From: Escherichia coli
GTDB taxonomy: Bacteria; Pseudomonadota; Gammaproteobacteria; Enterobacterales; Enterobacteriaceae
DNA: 64,000 bases
Direction: 5' to 3' (one strand)
NCBI RefSeq assembly: GCF_003790525.1
Contig: NZ_CP033635.1
A program made the position numbers and the translations under genes. The notes beneath the pieces were generated by a model that was not told where the DNA came from, did no database searches, and saw only the letters and a program-made list of their open reading frames with translations. Shown here one piece after another: positions 12,994-26,126 of the stretch (position 1 is its first letter; each line of letters starts with the position of its first letter).

Positions 12994-13395
12994 TTAGTGT
13001 GAATATTCTTCTGTAATTTCAGCCAGATCCAATGCGTTATCTACCAGCGAGGTTATCTCAAGCAGAATATCTTCAAGAGAAGATTTAAGCGATAACGCAC
13101 CGAAAACAATGTAATACTCTTCCTGTTGCACGCTGGAGATCCCTACCGATGACAACGGCATCATCTTCTGATTTCTTAATAAGAAGGTATTAAATTCATC
13201 TGGATTGCTGATACTACTTACCGGACAAATAAAGGTTTCGATGATCATTTGGCGGGAAGTAAAAAGAATATTGATTTGCAAATCGCCATAATCATTCATT
13301 TTAATAATTAATGCGCTTTCGCTATTTGTTACATCAATATTTTGTTCAGGTACAGTTTGCAGCGCCGTCGCCAGCGCCAACGGATTCCATGTCAT
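12994..13395 (-). CDS. yjfI: DUF2170 protein YjfI
   Basis: 133-aa ORF MTWNPLALATALQTVPEQNIDV... Confidence 0.85.
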   Translation of the reverse strand: MTWNPLALATALQTVPEQNIDVTNSESALIIKMNDYGDLQINILFTSRQMIIETFICPVSSISNPDEFNTFLLRNQKMMPLSSVGISSVQQEEYYIVFGALSLKSSLEDILLEITSLVDNALDLAEITEEYSH

Positions 13396-13471
13396 ATATT
13401 ATTCCATATAGATTAAGTTTAAATATTAATAAAATGAATATTTACAGTACGTAATTATCTTACCAGCTATA

Positions 13472-13505
13472 GACAAAAAAAAACCATCCAAATCTGGATG
13501 GCTTT
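13472..13505 (-). terminator. intrinsic terminator downstream of rlmB
   Basis: Hairpin ccatcca-aatc-tggatgg flanked by an A-run and a T-run (bidirectional potential) 17 bp after the rlmB stop. Confidence 0.75.
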
Positions 13506-13521
13506 TCATAATTCAGAGGAA

Positions 13522-14253
13522 CTAGCTGCGCTGACGAACCGCTTCAAATAAGCAAATTCCGGTTGCAACCGAAACGTTCAGGGAAGAAACACTTCCTGCC
13601 ATTGGGATGCTGATCAACTCATCGCAATGTTCACGGGTCAGGCGACGCATACCTTCACCTTCCGCGCCCATCACCAGCGCCAGGCGTCCGGTCATTTTGC
13701 TCTGATAGAGTGTATGATCCGCCTCGCCTGCCGTACCGACGATCCAGATATTCTCTTCCTGCAACATACGCATGGTGCGCGCCAGATTAGTCACCCGAAT
13801 CAGCGGAACGCTTTCTGCCGCACCACAGGCCACTTTTTTCGCCGTGGCGTTGAGCTGTGCGGAGCGATCTTTCGGCACAATCACCGCATGAACACCAGCG
13901 GCGTCCGCGCTACGCAGGCACGCGCCGAGGTTGTGCGGATCGGTTACGCCGTCGAGGATCAGCAGGAACGGTTGATCGAGCGAAGCGATCAGATCCGGCA
14001 GATCGTTTTCCTGATACTGCCGTCCTGGCTTCACACGAGCGATAATGCCCTGATGCACGGCACCGTCGCTTTTCTCGTCGAGATATTGGCGGTTTGCCAG
14101 CTGGATAACCACGCCCTGGGACTCAAGGGCGTGAATCAGCGGCAACAGACGTTTATCTTCACGGCCTTTTAAAATAAAGACTTCCTGAAAACGTTCAGGG
14201 GCGCGCTCCAGCAGGGCCTGCACTGCGTGGATGCCGTAAATCATTTCGCTCAT
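13522..14253 (-). CDS. rlmB: 23S rRNA (guanosine2251-2'-O)-methyltransferase RlmB
   Basis: 243-aa [33 protein letters not shown]..., SpoU family. Confidence 0.93.
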
Positions 14254-14277
14254 TAATGTACTCGTTGTTTACGTTTT

Positions 14278-14376
14278 GCCTGATGCGCTACGCTTATCAG
14301 GCCTACATGATCCCTGCAATGTATTGAATTTGCGTGATTATGTAGGCCGGATAAGGCGTTCACGCCGCATCCGGCA
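14278..14376. repeat. pair of inverted REP elements (BIME-like) between rnr and rlmB
   Basis: gcctgatgcgctacgcttatcaggcctaca and tgtaggccggataaggcgttcacgccgcatccggca in opposite orientation. Confidence 0.75.
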
Positions 14377-14433
14377 TGAACAAAGCGCATTTTGTCAGCA
14401 ATCTAACCCTCTTCTGTTTGAAGAGGGTAATGA

Positions 14434-16875
14434 TCACTCTGCCACTTTTTTCTTCGCCGCACGCTTCGCTTTGGTCGCTGCGGCTATTTTCTGCGTTTTC
14501 GCCGATGGCTTTTTCGCTTTTCTCGCGTCTTTCTTCGCCGCTTTCGGCTTCGTTTTTTTCTCGCCGCGGAAAGCGCTGTCTGGCTCAAAGTTTACCTTTT
14601 TACCGACCTGACGACGCTTGCCGCCTTTTTTACCTGCATCGCCTTTTTTCGCTTTCTCGCGCGCCGTTTTACCGACGTTGCGCGGTGCGCGTTCGCTGGA
14701 GATCAGGCTAAAGTCGATTTTACGCTCGTCCATATTAACCGCTTCGACGCGAACTTCCACGCGATCGCCCAGGCGATAAGTCTGGCCGCTGGATTCACCC
14801 ATCAGGCGTTGCCCTACCTGGTCAAAGCGATAGTAGTCATTGTCCAGCGAAGAGACATGGACCAGACCATCAATGAACAAGTCGTCCAGACGGACGAAGA
14901 AGCCAAAGCCAGTGACGCTGGAAATTACGCCTTTAAAGACGTTACCTACCTGGTCGAGCATGAAGTCACACTTCAGCCAGTCAGCTACATCGCGTGTTGC
15001 TTCGTCGGCACGACGTTCCGCCATCGAACAGTGCTGACCCAGTTGCAGCATCTCTTCCATCGAATAATGGTAGCCGCCGGTTTCAGTGGTGTTGCCCTGA
15101 TGCCCCTGCTCTTTCGCCAGCAGATATTTAATGGCGCGGTGCAGCGTCAGGTCAGGATAACGACGAATCGGCGAAGTAAAGTGCGCATAGGACTGCAATG
15201 CCAGACCGAAGTGACCACGGTTTTCCGGATCGTAAATCGCCTGTTTCATCGAGCGCAGCAGCATAGTTTGCAGCATTTCTGCATCAGGACGATCGGCAAC
15301 CGATTCCAGTAACTCTGCATAGTCGCGCGGTTCCGGCTTGTTACCGCCCGGCAATTCCAGCCCCAGCTCCGCCAGCACTGAACGGAAAGAGGTAATCGCT
15401 TCGGTGCTCGGCTTGTCGTGAATACGGAACAGTGCCGGTTCTTTGGCTTTCTCAACGAAACGCGCCGCCGAGATATTCGCCAGAATCATGCACTCTTCAA
15501 TTAACTTGTGGGCGTCGTTACGCTGAGTCTGTTCGATACGTTCAATACGGCGTTCAGCGTTGAAAATGAACTTCGCTTCTTCGCTCTCAAATGAGATCCC
15601 ACCGCGTTCTTCACGGGCTTTATCCAGCACTTTATAGAGGTTATGCAACTCTTCGAGATGCTTAACCAGCGGGGCGTACTGCTCGCGCAGATCCTGATCG
15701 CCCTGCAGAATATGCCAGACTTTGGTGTAGGTCAGACGTGCGTGAGAGCTCATTACCGCTTCATAGAATTTGTAGCCAGTCAGGCGGCCTTTCGACGAAA
15801 CCGTCATCTCGCACACCATACACAGGCGGTCTACCTGCGGGTTGAGCGAGCACAGGCCGTTAGAGAGCACTTCCGGCAGCATCGGGATAACCTGCGAAGG
15901 GAAGTACACCGACGTACCACGGTTACGCGCTTCTCTGTCCAGCGGTGTTGGCGGACGCACATAGTAGCTGACGTCGGCAATCGCGACCCATAAACGCCAG
16001 CCGCCGCCGCGTTTTTTCTCACAGTAAACTGCATCGTCAAAGTCACGGGCGTCTTCGCCATCAATGGTGACCAGCGGTAAATCGCGCAAATCGACACGGC
16101 CCGCTTTTGCTTCTTCCGGCACTTCTTCTTTCAGCCCGGCAACTTGTTGCTCAACAGCCTGCGGCCAGATATACGGAATTTCATGGGTACGCAGAGCGAT
16201 ATCAACCGCCATGCCGGTGCCCATATTGTCGCCAAGTACTTCGACGATTTTACCCACCGCTTTGGTACGGCGAGTCGGGCGTTGGGTCAGTTCAACCACC
16301 ACCACAAAGCCCATCCGCGCGCCCATGATCTGATCGGGCGGGATTAAGATATCGAAGCTCAAACGACTGTCGTCAGGAACCACAAAGCCGACGCCCGCTT
16401 CGGTAAAGTAGCGACCAACAATCTGGCTGGTTTTTGGCACCAGTACGCGGACAATACGCGCTTCACGACGACCTTTACGGTCAGCGCCCAGCGGCTGCGC
16501 CAGCACCTGATCGCCATGAATGCAGGTTTTCATCTGCTCGCTGGAGAGATACAAATCATCTTTACGCCCTTCAACCCGCAGAAAGCCGTAGCCATCACGG
16601 TGGCCAATAACGGTACCTTTCACCAGGTCGAGGCGTTCCGGCAGCGCATAGCACTGACGACGAGTGAAGACCAGTTGACCATCGCGCTCCATCGCGCGCA
16701 GGCGGCGACGCAGGCCTTCAAGCTGCTCTTCGCCTTCAATGTGCAGTTCTACCGCCAGCTCATCACGGCTGGCCGGTTTTTCACGTTTGGTTAAATGTTC
16801 GAGGATAAATTCCCGACTAGGGATGGGATTCGCGTATTTTTCAGCTTCGCGTTCCTGGAAAGGATCTTGTGACAT
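14434..16875 (-). CDS. rnr: ribonuclease R (3'-5' exoribonuclease, RNB family)
   Basis: ORF 14434..16917 trimmed to [28 protein letters not shown] (813 aa); lysine-rich C-terminal tail. Confidence 0.95.
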   Translation of the reverse strand: MSQDPFQEREAEKYANPIPSREFILEHLTKREKPASRDELAVELHIEGEEQLEGLRRRLRAMERDGQLVFTRRQCYALPERLDLVKGTVIGHRDGYGFLRVEGRKDDLYLSSEQMKTCIHGDQVLAQPLGADRKGRREARIVRVLVPKTSQIVGRYFTEAGVGFVVPDDSRLSFDILIPPDQIMGARMGFVVVVELTQRPTRRTKAVGKIVEVLGDNMGTGMAVDIALRTHEIPYIWPQAVEQQVAGLKEEVPEEAKAGRVDLRDLPLVTIDGEDARDFDDAVYCEKKRGGGWRLWVAIADVSYYVRPPTPLDREARNRGTSVYFPSQVIPMLPEVLSNGLCSLNPQVDRLCMVCEMTVSSKGRLTGYKFYEAVMSSHARLTYTKVWHILQGDQDLREQYAPLVKHLEELHNLYKVLDKAREERGGISFESEEAKFIFNAERRIERIEQTQRNDAHKLIEECMILANISAARFVEKAKEPALFRIHDKPSTEAITSFRSVLAELGLELPGGNKPEPRDYAELLESVADRPDAEMLQTMLLRSMKQAIYDPENRGHFGLALQSYAHFTSPIRRYPDLTLHRAIKYLLAKEQGHQGNTTETGGYHYSMEEMLQLGQHCSMAERRADEATRDVADWLKCDFMLDQVGNVFKGVISSVTGFGFFVRLDDLFIDGLVHVSSLDNDYYRFDQVGQRLMGESSGQTYRLGDRVEVRVEAVNMDERKIDFSLISSERAPRNVGKTAREKAKKGDAGKKGGKRRQVGKKVNFEPDSAFRGEKKTKPKAAKKDARKAKKPSAKTQKIAAATKAKRAAKKKVAE

Positions 16876-16913
16876 CTCGGTTCCTCCGTTGTCATCTCTG
16901 ATGAAGATTTTCG

Positions 16914-17339
16914 TCACTCCACCAGCAATAATTTATAAAGCGGTTGATTCTCTTCAACCAAATCGGCAAGCGTGTAGTTATCCAGTTCCGTAAGAAAACT
17001 TTGCACGGCCTTAGAAAGTGCCTGTTTCAACCGACAGGCAGGTGTAATGTGGCAAAACTCACTGCTGCAATTCACCAGCGATAAGGGCTCCAGCTCGCGC
17101 ACCACATCACCAATACGTATCGCACTCGCCGGTTTACCCAGACGAATGCCGCCATTTTTTCCACGAACAGCAGTCACGTAGCCGGCACGACTAAGTTGAT
17201 TGATTATTTTGACCATATGATTACGGGAGACGCCGTAGACGTCAGTCACTTCAGAAATACTGGTCATCCGCCCTTCTGGCAATGACGCCATGTAGATCAG
17301 CGCACGTAATCCGTAATCAGTGAAACTCGTTAACTGCAC
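16914..17339 (-). CDS. nsrR: nitric-oxide-sensing Rrf2-family repressor NsrR
   Basis: 141-aa [35 protein letters not shown]..., three-Cys cluster motif. Confidence 0.95.
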
Positions 17340-17543
17340 ATCAACCTCAAAAGGGAAATCGGGAAAAAATACATTTATATTGATGATAAACCAGCCACAA
17401 GCTGTGTCGCTAATTTATTTCAGTTCGGGGAAGGAAAAAAGCGAGGATTTAACACTGTGTCGGATAGCGTAATGGCTTACCCGACACAGCAATGTATCAC
17501 ACTGTTAGCCCGGCAGGCAAAATATCTGCCAGGCGTACCAGAA

Positions 17544-18845
<1,302 letters not shown>

Positions 18846-18945
18846 TCAAAATCACCGTTTGCTTAAAAATGGATTCTACCATCGCTTTTTCAGAGTTACA
18901 GCACTTTTTGCACTCAAAAATGACCTCGATCAGTCTGTTTTTTGT

Positions 18946-19143
18946 TCAGCCAATCGTTTTCCTCAACATGTAGTAGACCACAACGCCCGCAACCACAAGT
19001 CCACCGCCAAAACGACGTAAAATATTATCGGGCAAATTGGTCATCGCAGAGATCATCTTCTTCCATGCCTTCGGGTAAAGCATCGGCCCTAAACCTTCCA
19101 GTACCAAAACCAGGGCAAGCGCCAGCCAGATTGTCGAATTCAT
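18946..19143 (-). CDS. yjeT: DUF2065 small membrane protein YjeT
   Basis: 65-aa hydrophobic ORF MNSTIWLALALVLVLEGLGPMLYPKAWKKMI... Confidence 0.85.
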   Translation of the reverse strand: MNSTIWLALALVLVLEGLGPMLYPKAWKKMISAMTNLPDNILRRFGGGLVVAGVVVYYMLRKTIG

Positions 19144-19224
19144 TCATTATCCTTATAGAAAAAGAAAACCACCGACATCCCTGAGGATGCGGTGGCTTTA
19201 TTGACCTGTACCGCAGTCGTTATA

Positions 19225-20229
19225 TTAACGCGTTGCGGAGGTCGGCGTCTTCATGTAGCGGAAGAAATCGCTGTCCGGGCTCATGACCATCACGTCCTGA
19301 TTGCCAGAGAAGCTGTTCTCATAAGCACGCAGGCTACGGATGAATGCGTAGAAGTCCGGATCTTTACTGAATGCATCAGCAAACAGTTTGGCTGCTTCGG
19401 CATCGCCTTCACCGCGCATGATGCGGCCCTGACGCTCAGCTTCTGCCAGCGTTCTGGTCACTTCATAGTCGGCAGTTGCACGCAGTTTTTCCGCTTCTTC
19501 CTGACCTTGTGAACGGTGACGACGCGCTACCGCTTCACGCTCGGCGCGCATACGGTTGTAGATCGCTTCAGACACTTCGGTCGGCAGGTTGATCTGCTTA
19601 ATTCGCACATCGACAACTTCAATACCCAGCGCCGCCATACTGTTCGGGTTGATGACCGGAACTTTGCCCTTCGTCTCAGCCGTTACGCGCTCTGCCGCTT
19701 CGGCAATGGCGTTATCTGCCGCCGGGGTAGTAACTTCATCTTCTGTACCCGCAGAACCGGAGTTCAGCGCGTCACGTACTTCGAGGGTCAGACGACCACG
19801 GGAATCGGTGACGATGTCTTTCACGTCCAGGCGACCAATTTCAGAACGCAGACGGTCAGAGAACTTACGTTTCAACAGCACTTCCGCTTGCGAAATGTCG
19901 CCACCGCCCGTTGCCAGGTAGTAACGGCTGAAATCGCTGATGCGCCATTTGATGTAAGAGTCGACGATCAGGTCTTTCTTCTCTTTGGTCACAAAGCGGT
20001 CGGCCTGGTTGTCCATGGTCTGAATACGTGCGTCGAGCATTTTCACCGTTTCAATGAACGGTATCTTGAAATGCAGACCCGGCTCATAAACCAGAGGTTT
20101 GTTGTCATCGTCACGCAGTACCTTACCAAAACGCAGCGTAATACCGCGCTCACCTTCTTTGACGACAAAGACAGACATGTAAAGCACTACCAGCACGATG
20201 ATGATAATCGCGATAACTGACTTACGCAT
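19225..20229 (-). CDS. hflC: FtsH modulator HflC (SPFH/band-7)
   Basis: 334-aa ORF MRKSVIAIIIIVLVVLYMSVFVVKEGERGITLRFGKV... Confidence 0.96.
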   Translation of the reverse strand: MRKSVIAIIIIVLVVLYMSVFVVKEGERGITLRFGKVLRDDDNKPLVYEPGLHFKIPFIETVKMLDARIQTMDNQADRFVTKEKKDLIVDSYIKWRISDFSRYYLATGGGDISQAEVLLKRKFSDRLRSEIGRLDVKDIVTDSRGRLTLEVRDALNSGSAGTEDEVTTPAADNAIAEAAERVTAETKGKVPVINPNSMAALGIEVVDVRIKQINLPTEVSEAIYNRMRAEREAVARRHRSQGQEEAEKLRATADYEVTRTLAEAERQGRIMRGEGDAEAAKLFADAFSKDPDFYAFIRSLRAYENSFSGNQDVMVMSPDSDFFRYMKTPTSATR

Positions 20230-20231
20230 CG

Positions 20232-21491
20232 TTATTCCCCCTGACGCTGGTAGTCGTTACGCTGCGCGTTGGCGCGGCGTTGGTCCATAATATCGCCCTG
20301 ACTGGTGGACGACGTGTTGCTTGCTCCACTGGTTGTGGAGGAAGAGGCTGGCGGCAGACGCAGCAGATTGCTGGCACCGTTATCGCTCTTCGCCGCAGGG
20401 GCGTTACCACCTTTCAGCATCTGGTCTAACGGCAGAACCATCAGGTTGCCACCTTTGTCGTTAACCAGCACTTTGCGGGTGTTGCCCAACACTTTTTCCA
20501 TCGTCTCGATATACAGACGCTCGCGAGTAATTTCCGGCGCAGCTTTATATTCCGGCAGAAGTTTAGCAAAGCGCGCCACTTCACCCTGAGCTTCCAGGAT
20601 GGTCTGGGCCTTGTACGCACGCGCCTCTTCGAGGATACGTTGCGCCTGACCGTTCGCACGCGGCTGAACTTCGTTGGTATACGCTTCTGCTTCACGAATG
20701 TATTGCTGTTCGTTTTCACGCGCGGCAATCGCATCGTCAAACGCCGCTTTTACTTCTTCCGGCGGACGAGCTGCCTGGAAGTTGACGTCCAGCAGAGTGA
20801 TACCCATATCATACGGACGAATCGTCTCTTCCAGTTCGCGCTGAGTATCGCTACGAATCACGGTACGACCTTCCGTCAGAATGCGGTCCATGGTGTATTT
20901 ACCGATAACCCCGCGCAGGGCGCTGTCGGTAGCCTGACGCAGACTGTCATCCGGGCTGGTCACGCTATACAGATATTTTTCCGGATCGGTGACGCGGTAC
21001 TGCACGTTCATCTCAACGCGCACTACGTTCTCGTCCGACGTCAGCATCACACCAGAAGCGGCCAGTTCACGCACGGCTTCCACGTTCACCGGTTTGACTT
21101 CGTCGATAAACGTCGGTTTCCAGTTCAGACCCGGCTCAACCAGATGGCTGAATTTACCAAAGCGTGTTACCACGCCGCGTTCGGCTTCTTTAATGGTATA
21201 GAAACCACTGGCCGCCCAGATAATGACAATCGCTGCCGCTGCGATGGTAACGACGCGACCGCCAAGCTGCGGGCGCGGGCCTTGCGATGAACTGCCACCG
21301 CCAGATCCGGTGCCTTTACCGCCGCCCAGACCACCGAGCTTTTTGCTCAGTTTGCGGAAGATATCATCTAAATCAGGTGGCCCTTGATCGCGACCGCCTT
21401 TGTTTCCATTTCCCTCAGAGTTGCCGCCAGGTTTGCTGCTTCCCCACGGGTCGCGGTCTTGTCCGTTATTACCGGGCTGATTCCACGCCAT
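20232..21491 (-). CDS. hflK: FtsH modulator HflK (SPFH/band-7)
   Basis: 419-aa ORF MAWNQPGNNGQDRDPWGSSKPGG..., Gly-rich N-terminus, 2-bp gap to hflC. Confidence 0.96.
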   Translation of the reverse strand: MAWNQPGNNGQDRDPWGSSKPGGNSEGNGNKGGRDQGPPDLDDIFRKLSKKLGGLGGGKGTGSGGGSSSQGPRPQLGGRVVTIAAAAIVIIWAASGFYTIKEAERGVVTRFGKFSHLVEPGLNWKPTFIDEVKPVNVEAVRELAASGVMLTSDENVVRVEMNVQYRVTDPEKYLYSVTSPDDSLRQATDSALRGVIGKYTMDRILTEGRTVIRSDTQRELEETIRPYDMGITLLDVNFQAARPPEEVKAAFDDAIAARENEQQYIREAEAYTNEVQPRANGQAQRILEEARAYKAQTILEAQGEVARFAKLLPEYKAAPEITRERLYIETMEKVLGNTRKVLVNDKGGNLMVLPLDQMLKGGNAPAAKSDNGASNLLRLPPASSSTTSGASNTSSTSQGDIMDQRRANAQRNDYQRQGE

Positions 21492-21576
21492 GTTTGTGCT
21501 CCATATTTGTTATGCGGTGATCCCTGTTGTCTTTCGACGCCAGAGGATATGACTCCACGCTTCAGACGCTACGCCG

Positions 21577-22857
21577 TTAGATCAGGTAATCGATCAACGC
21601 CGGTTCTTGTTTACAGAGGCGACGCCAGTCAACGATCGGCATACGAACTTGCAGACTTACGCTGCCGTCCTCCTCCATCCACTCTTTTTCTATTGCCTGA
21701 AGCTGATAAAAACGACTTCTCAGACGCCCTTCCTGCGGTGGCAGACGCAATGTATGCTGCGCCACCTCGCCGGAAAGCCGCTCCGTCAAAGCCTGAAAAA
21801 GCTGTGGTATCCCCGCTCCGGTCTGTGCGGAAAGCCAGACACGGATCGGTTTGTTCTCTTCGTCCCGATCAATACGCGGTTCGAAATCTTCCAGCATATC
21901 GATCTTGTTCATCACCAGCAGGGTTGGGATCTCGTGAGCGTCGATCTCTTCAAGAACCGTATTCACCGCTTCGATGTTTTCTTGTACACGTACATCCGCC
22001 GCATCAATGACGTGCAGCAGCAATGTGGCTTGCCGCGTCTCTTGTAACGTGGCTTTAAATGCCGCCACCAGATCGTGCGGCAGGTGGCGAATAAACCCTA
22101 CGGTATCTGCAAGTACGGTTTCACCGACATCTGCAACGTCAATACGCCGCAACGTCGGGTCGAGGGTGGCAAACAACTGGTCTGCCGCGTAGACCCGCGC
22201 TTCGGTGATGCGATTGAAAAGGGTAGATTTACCGGCGTTGGTATATCCCACCAGCGAAACAGTAGGAACGTCGGCTTTGATACGCGATTGCCGCCCCTGC
22301 TCACGCTGCTTTTCAACTCTTTCCAGGCGCGACTGTATCTGCACGATGCGATTACGCAACAAACGACGGTCGGTTTCGAGCTGGGTTTCACCCGGACCAC
22401 GCAAACCTATCCCGCCTTTCTGTCTTTCAAGGTGGGTCCAGCCACGCACCAGGCGCGTAGCCAGATGGCGCAACTGCGCCAGCTCAACCTGCAACTTACC
22501 CTCATGGGTACGCGCACGTTGGGCGAAAATATCTAAAATAAGGCCGGTGCGGTCGATGACACGACACTCGCACAAACGCTCCAGGTTACGCTCCTGCGCC
22601 GGGCTCAGGGCATGGTCAAAAAGAACGACCGAAGCTCCCGTCGCTTTTACGGCTTCCGCAATTTCAACTGCTTTACCTTCACCTACAAAATACTTTGGGT
22701 GCGGCGCTTTACGGCTACCGGTAATCACCTGCAATGCTTCGACACCGGCGGAAGAGACCAGAGATTCAAACTCCTGGAGGTCTTCCATATCTTTGTCTTG
22801 CGTAAAATAGATGTGTACCAGTACCGCCTGCTCACCAGCATCATAACGGTCAAACAA
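21577..22857 (-). CDS. hflX: ribosome-associated GTPase HflX
   Basis: 426-aa [26 protein letters not shown]..., G-domain GYTNAGKST. Confidence 0.96.
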   Translation of the reverse strand: MFDRYDAGEQAVLVHIYFTQDKDMEDLQEFESLVSSAGVEALQVITGSRKAPHPKYFVGEGKAVEIAEAVKATGASVVLFDHALSPAQERNLERLCECRVIDRTGLILDIFAQRARTHEGKLQVELAQLRHLATRLVRGWTHLERQKGGIGLRGPGETQLETDRRLLRNRIVQIQSRLERVEKQREQGRQSRIKADVPTVSLVGYTNAGKSTLFNRITEARVYAADQLFATLDPTLRRIDVADVGETVLADTVGFIRHLPHDLVAAFKATLQETRQATLLLHVIDAADVRVQENIEAVNTVLEEIDAHEIPTLLVMNKIDMLEDFEPRIDRDEENKPIRVWLSAQTGAGIPQLFQALTERLSGEVAQHTLRLPPQEGRLRSRFYQLQAIEKEWMEEDGSVSLQVRMPIVDWRRLCKQEPALIDYLI

Positions 22858-22932
22858 GCGTATAACCCTCTAAATAGATCAGCGGGGAACGCAGGATCGC
22901 TGGCTCCCCGTGTAAAAAAACAGCCCGAAACC

Positions 22933-23253
<321 letters not shown>

Positions 23254-23326
23254 TTATATGCTTATTTGTACTTTGAACCTTTCGATTCTGAAAAAATTGC
23301 GCACGATACGTCTCAATTGTACACAT

Positions 23327-24277
23327 TCAGCCTGCGATAGCACCAACAACCTGTAATACTTCGTCACGCGCTTGTTCTGGTTTTTCACTGTCAAGCCAGT
23401 GAACCCCTTCCCAACCACGCAGCCAGGTTATCTGCCGCTTCGCCAACTGTCTCGTGGCGCAAACACCTCGATAAACCATTTCATCGTATGAGATTTCGCC
23501 TTCAAGGTAAGACCACATCTGGCGATAACCCACGCAACGAATGGAAGGCAAATCCGTATGCAAATCTCCTCGGGCAAAAAGCGCCCGGACTTCTGCTTCA
23601 AAACCTGAAGCCAACATCTGATGAAAACGCTGCTCAATTCGTTGATGGAGCAGTTCACGGCTCGCCGGGGCGATGGCGAACTGATGCACCTGATACGGTA
23701 GAGCGTCTCCTGACGTTTGCGTCAGTTCCGTTAAAGTTTTACCCGAAATGAAAAAAACTTCCAGTGCCCGGGAAAGCCTTTGTGGATCATTTGGATGAAT
23801 CCTTGCTGCCGCAACCGGATCGATCTCCTGAAGTTGACGATGCAATGACTCCCAACCTTGCTCTGCCGCCTGTTGCTCAATTCTGGCCCGCACTTCCGGG
23901 TCTGCCGACGGTAGCGGCGACAACCCTTCCAGCAATGCCTTGAAATACAACATCGTACCGCCCACTAACAGTGGGATCCGCCCCGCCGCGGTGATATCGG
24001 CCATTTCCGCCAGCGCATCGCGGCGAAAATCAGCAGCCGAGTAAGCCTGCGACGGATCGCGAATATCCAGCAATCGGTGCGGCGCGGCGAGTAACTCTTC
24101 AGCGTTCGGCTTCGCCGTCCCGATATCCATCCCTTTGTAAATAAGGGCAGAATCAACGCTTATCAACTCTACTGGTAAAATTTTACGCAGCTCAATGGCT
24201 AACGCCGTTTTACCGGAGGCCGTCGGCCCCATCAAAAAAATCGCCTTAGGCAGGCTCGCCTTACTGATATCACTCAT
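23327..24277 (-). CDS. miaA: tRNA dimethylallyltransferase MiaA
   Basis: 316-aa [35 protein letters not shown] (P-loop). Confidence 0.96.
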
Positions 24278-26117
24278 CTTTCAGGGCTTTTATCGCCGGA
24301 TGTAAATCAACAGATTGTAACAGACCACCCGGCGGCGTTTTCACAAGTTGCGGACATAACCGTTCCACGTCCGCCAGCAGGGTTATGGCCTGTGCCATTG
24401 ACCACTGCGCATGTTCGCTCATCAGATTTCGTGCAATCCACTGCGCAATATTGCCAGGTTCGAATACGGACTGCTTCGCCAGGTAGCCTATCAGTTCAGG
24501 AATCAAGATTTGTAAATTTTGTTGGCGTAAGGGTAAAGGCACGGCCCTGATGGTCACATGCTGCGCATCGGACTGGAAATCAATACCCAATTCCGCCAGG
24601 GCAGACTGCGCTTTTTCTAATGCCGATTTTTCTTCGCCAGAAACTTTTAGCCGCAACGGAATAAGCAGCGGTTGGGCGCAAACTGGCGCTTCACCCGGCG
24701 TCAGTTGCGCCTGACGCAGCCAACGTTCTGCCACTGGCAAGGCTAAAAGTGAAATGTTTCCGTCGCGCTCCAGCAAGGCACAGTCGGAATGGACGATAGT
24801 CAGTACCCGACCAAAACTCTGACTGTTCGCCGCAAGTGCAGGTTCCTGCGGTTCTGGCGCTTTTGGTTTTTGCATCGGCGCGGGCGTTTGCAAAAGCTGG
24901 CGATACACTTCACCTTGCTGTTTCTGGTAACCTGGCTGCGCATTCGGCCAGGGGGCAGCCGGACGACTGCCTGAGGCGGGCGCAGGAGTGTAACGCGGAG
25001 CTACTGGCTCACGAACTGCCGGTTCAGCAAAATGATTGCGCCCCGCCGCCACGCGGTTTTCCGGAATAGCACGCGGTGCAGGTTGGGGTTCATCGTCCAG
25101 CGGTAGCGGCGTTTCCAGTTGCTGTTGTAGCACGCTCAGCACGCCCTGATAGATAAAATCATGCACCAGACGCGACTGATGGAAACGCACTTCGTGTTTG
25201 GCAGGGTGCACGTTGACGTCCACCTGATGTGGGTCGATCTCCAGATACAACACAAATGCCGGTTGCTGATCGGCCCCCAGTTTGTCTTCACAGGCCTGGC
25301 GGATCGCGTGATTGATCAGGCGATCGCGCATCATGCGACCGTTCACGTAGCAATACTGAATTTCTGCCAGGGCGGGCGTGGTGTGATTCGGATCGGCCAC
25401 CCAGCCGCGCAGGGTGAGATCGCCGTGTTGCCATTCAATCGCCAGCGCTTGTTCGAGAAAAGCGGTGCCGCAAATCGCGCCTAAGCGCCGTTCTTTTTGC
25501 CCGCCTTCCGGCACTGCACGGTACTGACGCACAATTTTACCGTTATGCGACAGGTTGATCGTGACGTCGAAACGCGCCAGCGCAATGCGGCGAATAATTT
25601 CATCGATATGGTTAAATTCGGTTTTCTCGGTGCGCAGGAATTTGCGCCGCGCCGGGGTGTTGTAGAACAGATCCAGCACCTCCAGCGTCGTTCCCACCGG
25701 ATGCGCCGCCGGTTTAACCGTCACGTCCATATCGCGCCCTTCGGCATAGGCCTGCCAGGCTTCCTGCTGTTCTGCGGTGCGTGAAGTGAGCGTCAGGCGG
25801 GAAACCGAACTGATACTCGCCAGCGCCTCACCGCGAAAGCCCAGGCTGATAATGGCTTCGAGATCGTCCAGAGAGGCGATTTTACTGGTGGCATGACGAG
25901 CCAGCGCCAGCGCCAGCTCATCTTTTTTGATACCGCAGCCGTTATCACGAATGCGGATAAGTTTCGCCCCGCCACGTTCGATATCAATATCGATACGCGT
26001 CGCACCTGCATCGAGGCTGTTTTCCACCAGTTCTTTGACTACCGACGCAGGTCGCTCGACCACCTCACCTGCGGCAATCTGGTTCGCCAGTTGTGGCGGT
26101 AAGACCTGAATTGGCAT
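24270..26117 (-). CDS. mutL: DNA mismatch repair protein MutL
   Basis: ORF 24270..26120; [39 protein letters not shown] (GHKL ATPase); 8-bp overlap with miaA. Confidence 0.96.
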
Positions 26118-26126
26118 CAATCGTCC

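Noticed and set aside
14276-14711. ORFs 14276..14611 and 14376..14711 (Phe/Ala/Ser-rich) near the rnr 3' end
   Set aside because: They span the REP elements and the antisense of the lysine-rich C-terminal tail of RNase R; low complexity with no independent support.
17340-17543. Hairpin tgtgtcgg...ccgacaca downstream of purA as a terminator, and a PurR-box-like sequence (aagcaaacggtgat) upstream of purA near 18848
   Set aside because: The hairpin has a long loop and a distant T-run; the PurR-like box has only partial resemblance to the palindromic consensus from memory. Both are plausible but not supportable without alignment.
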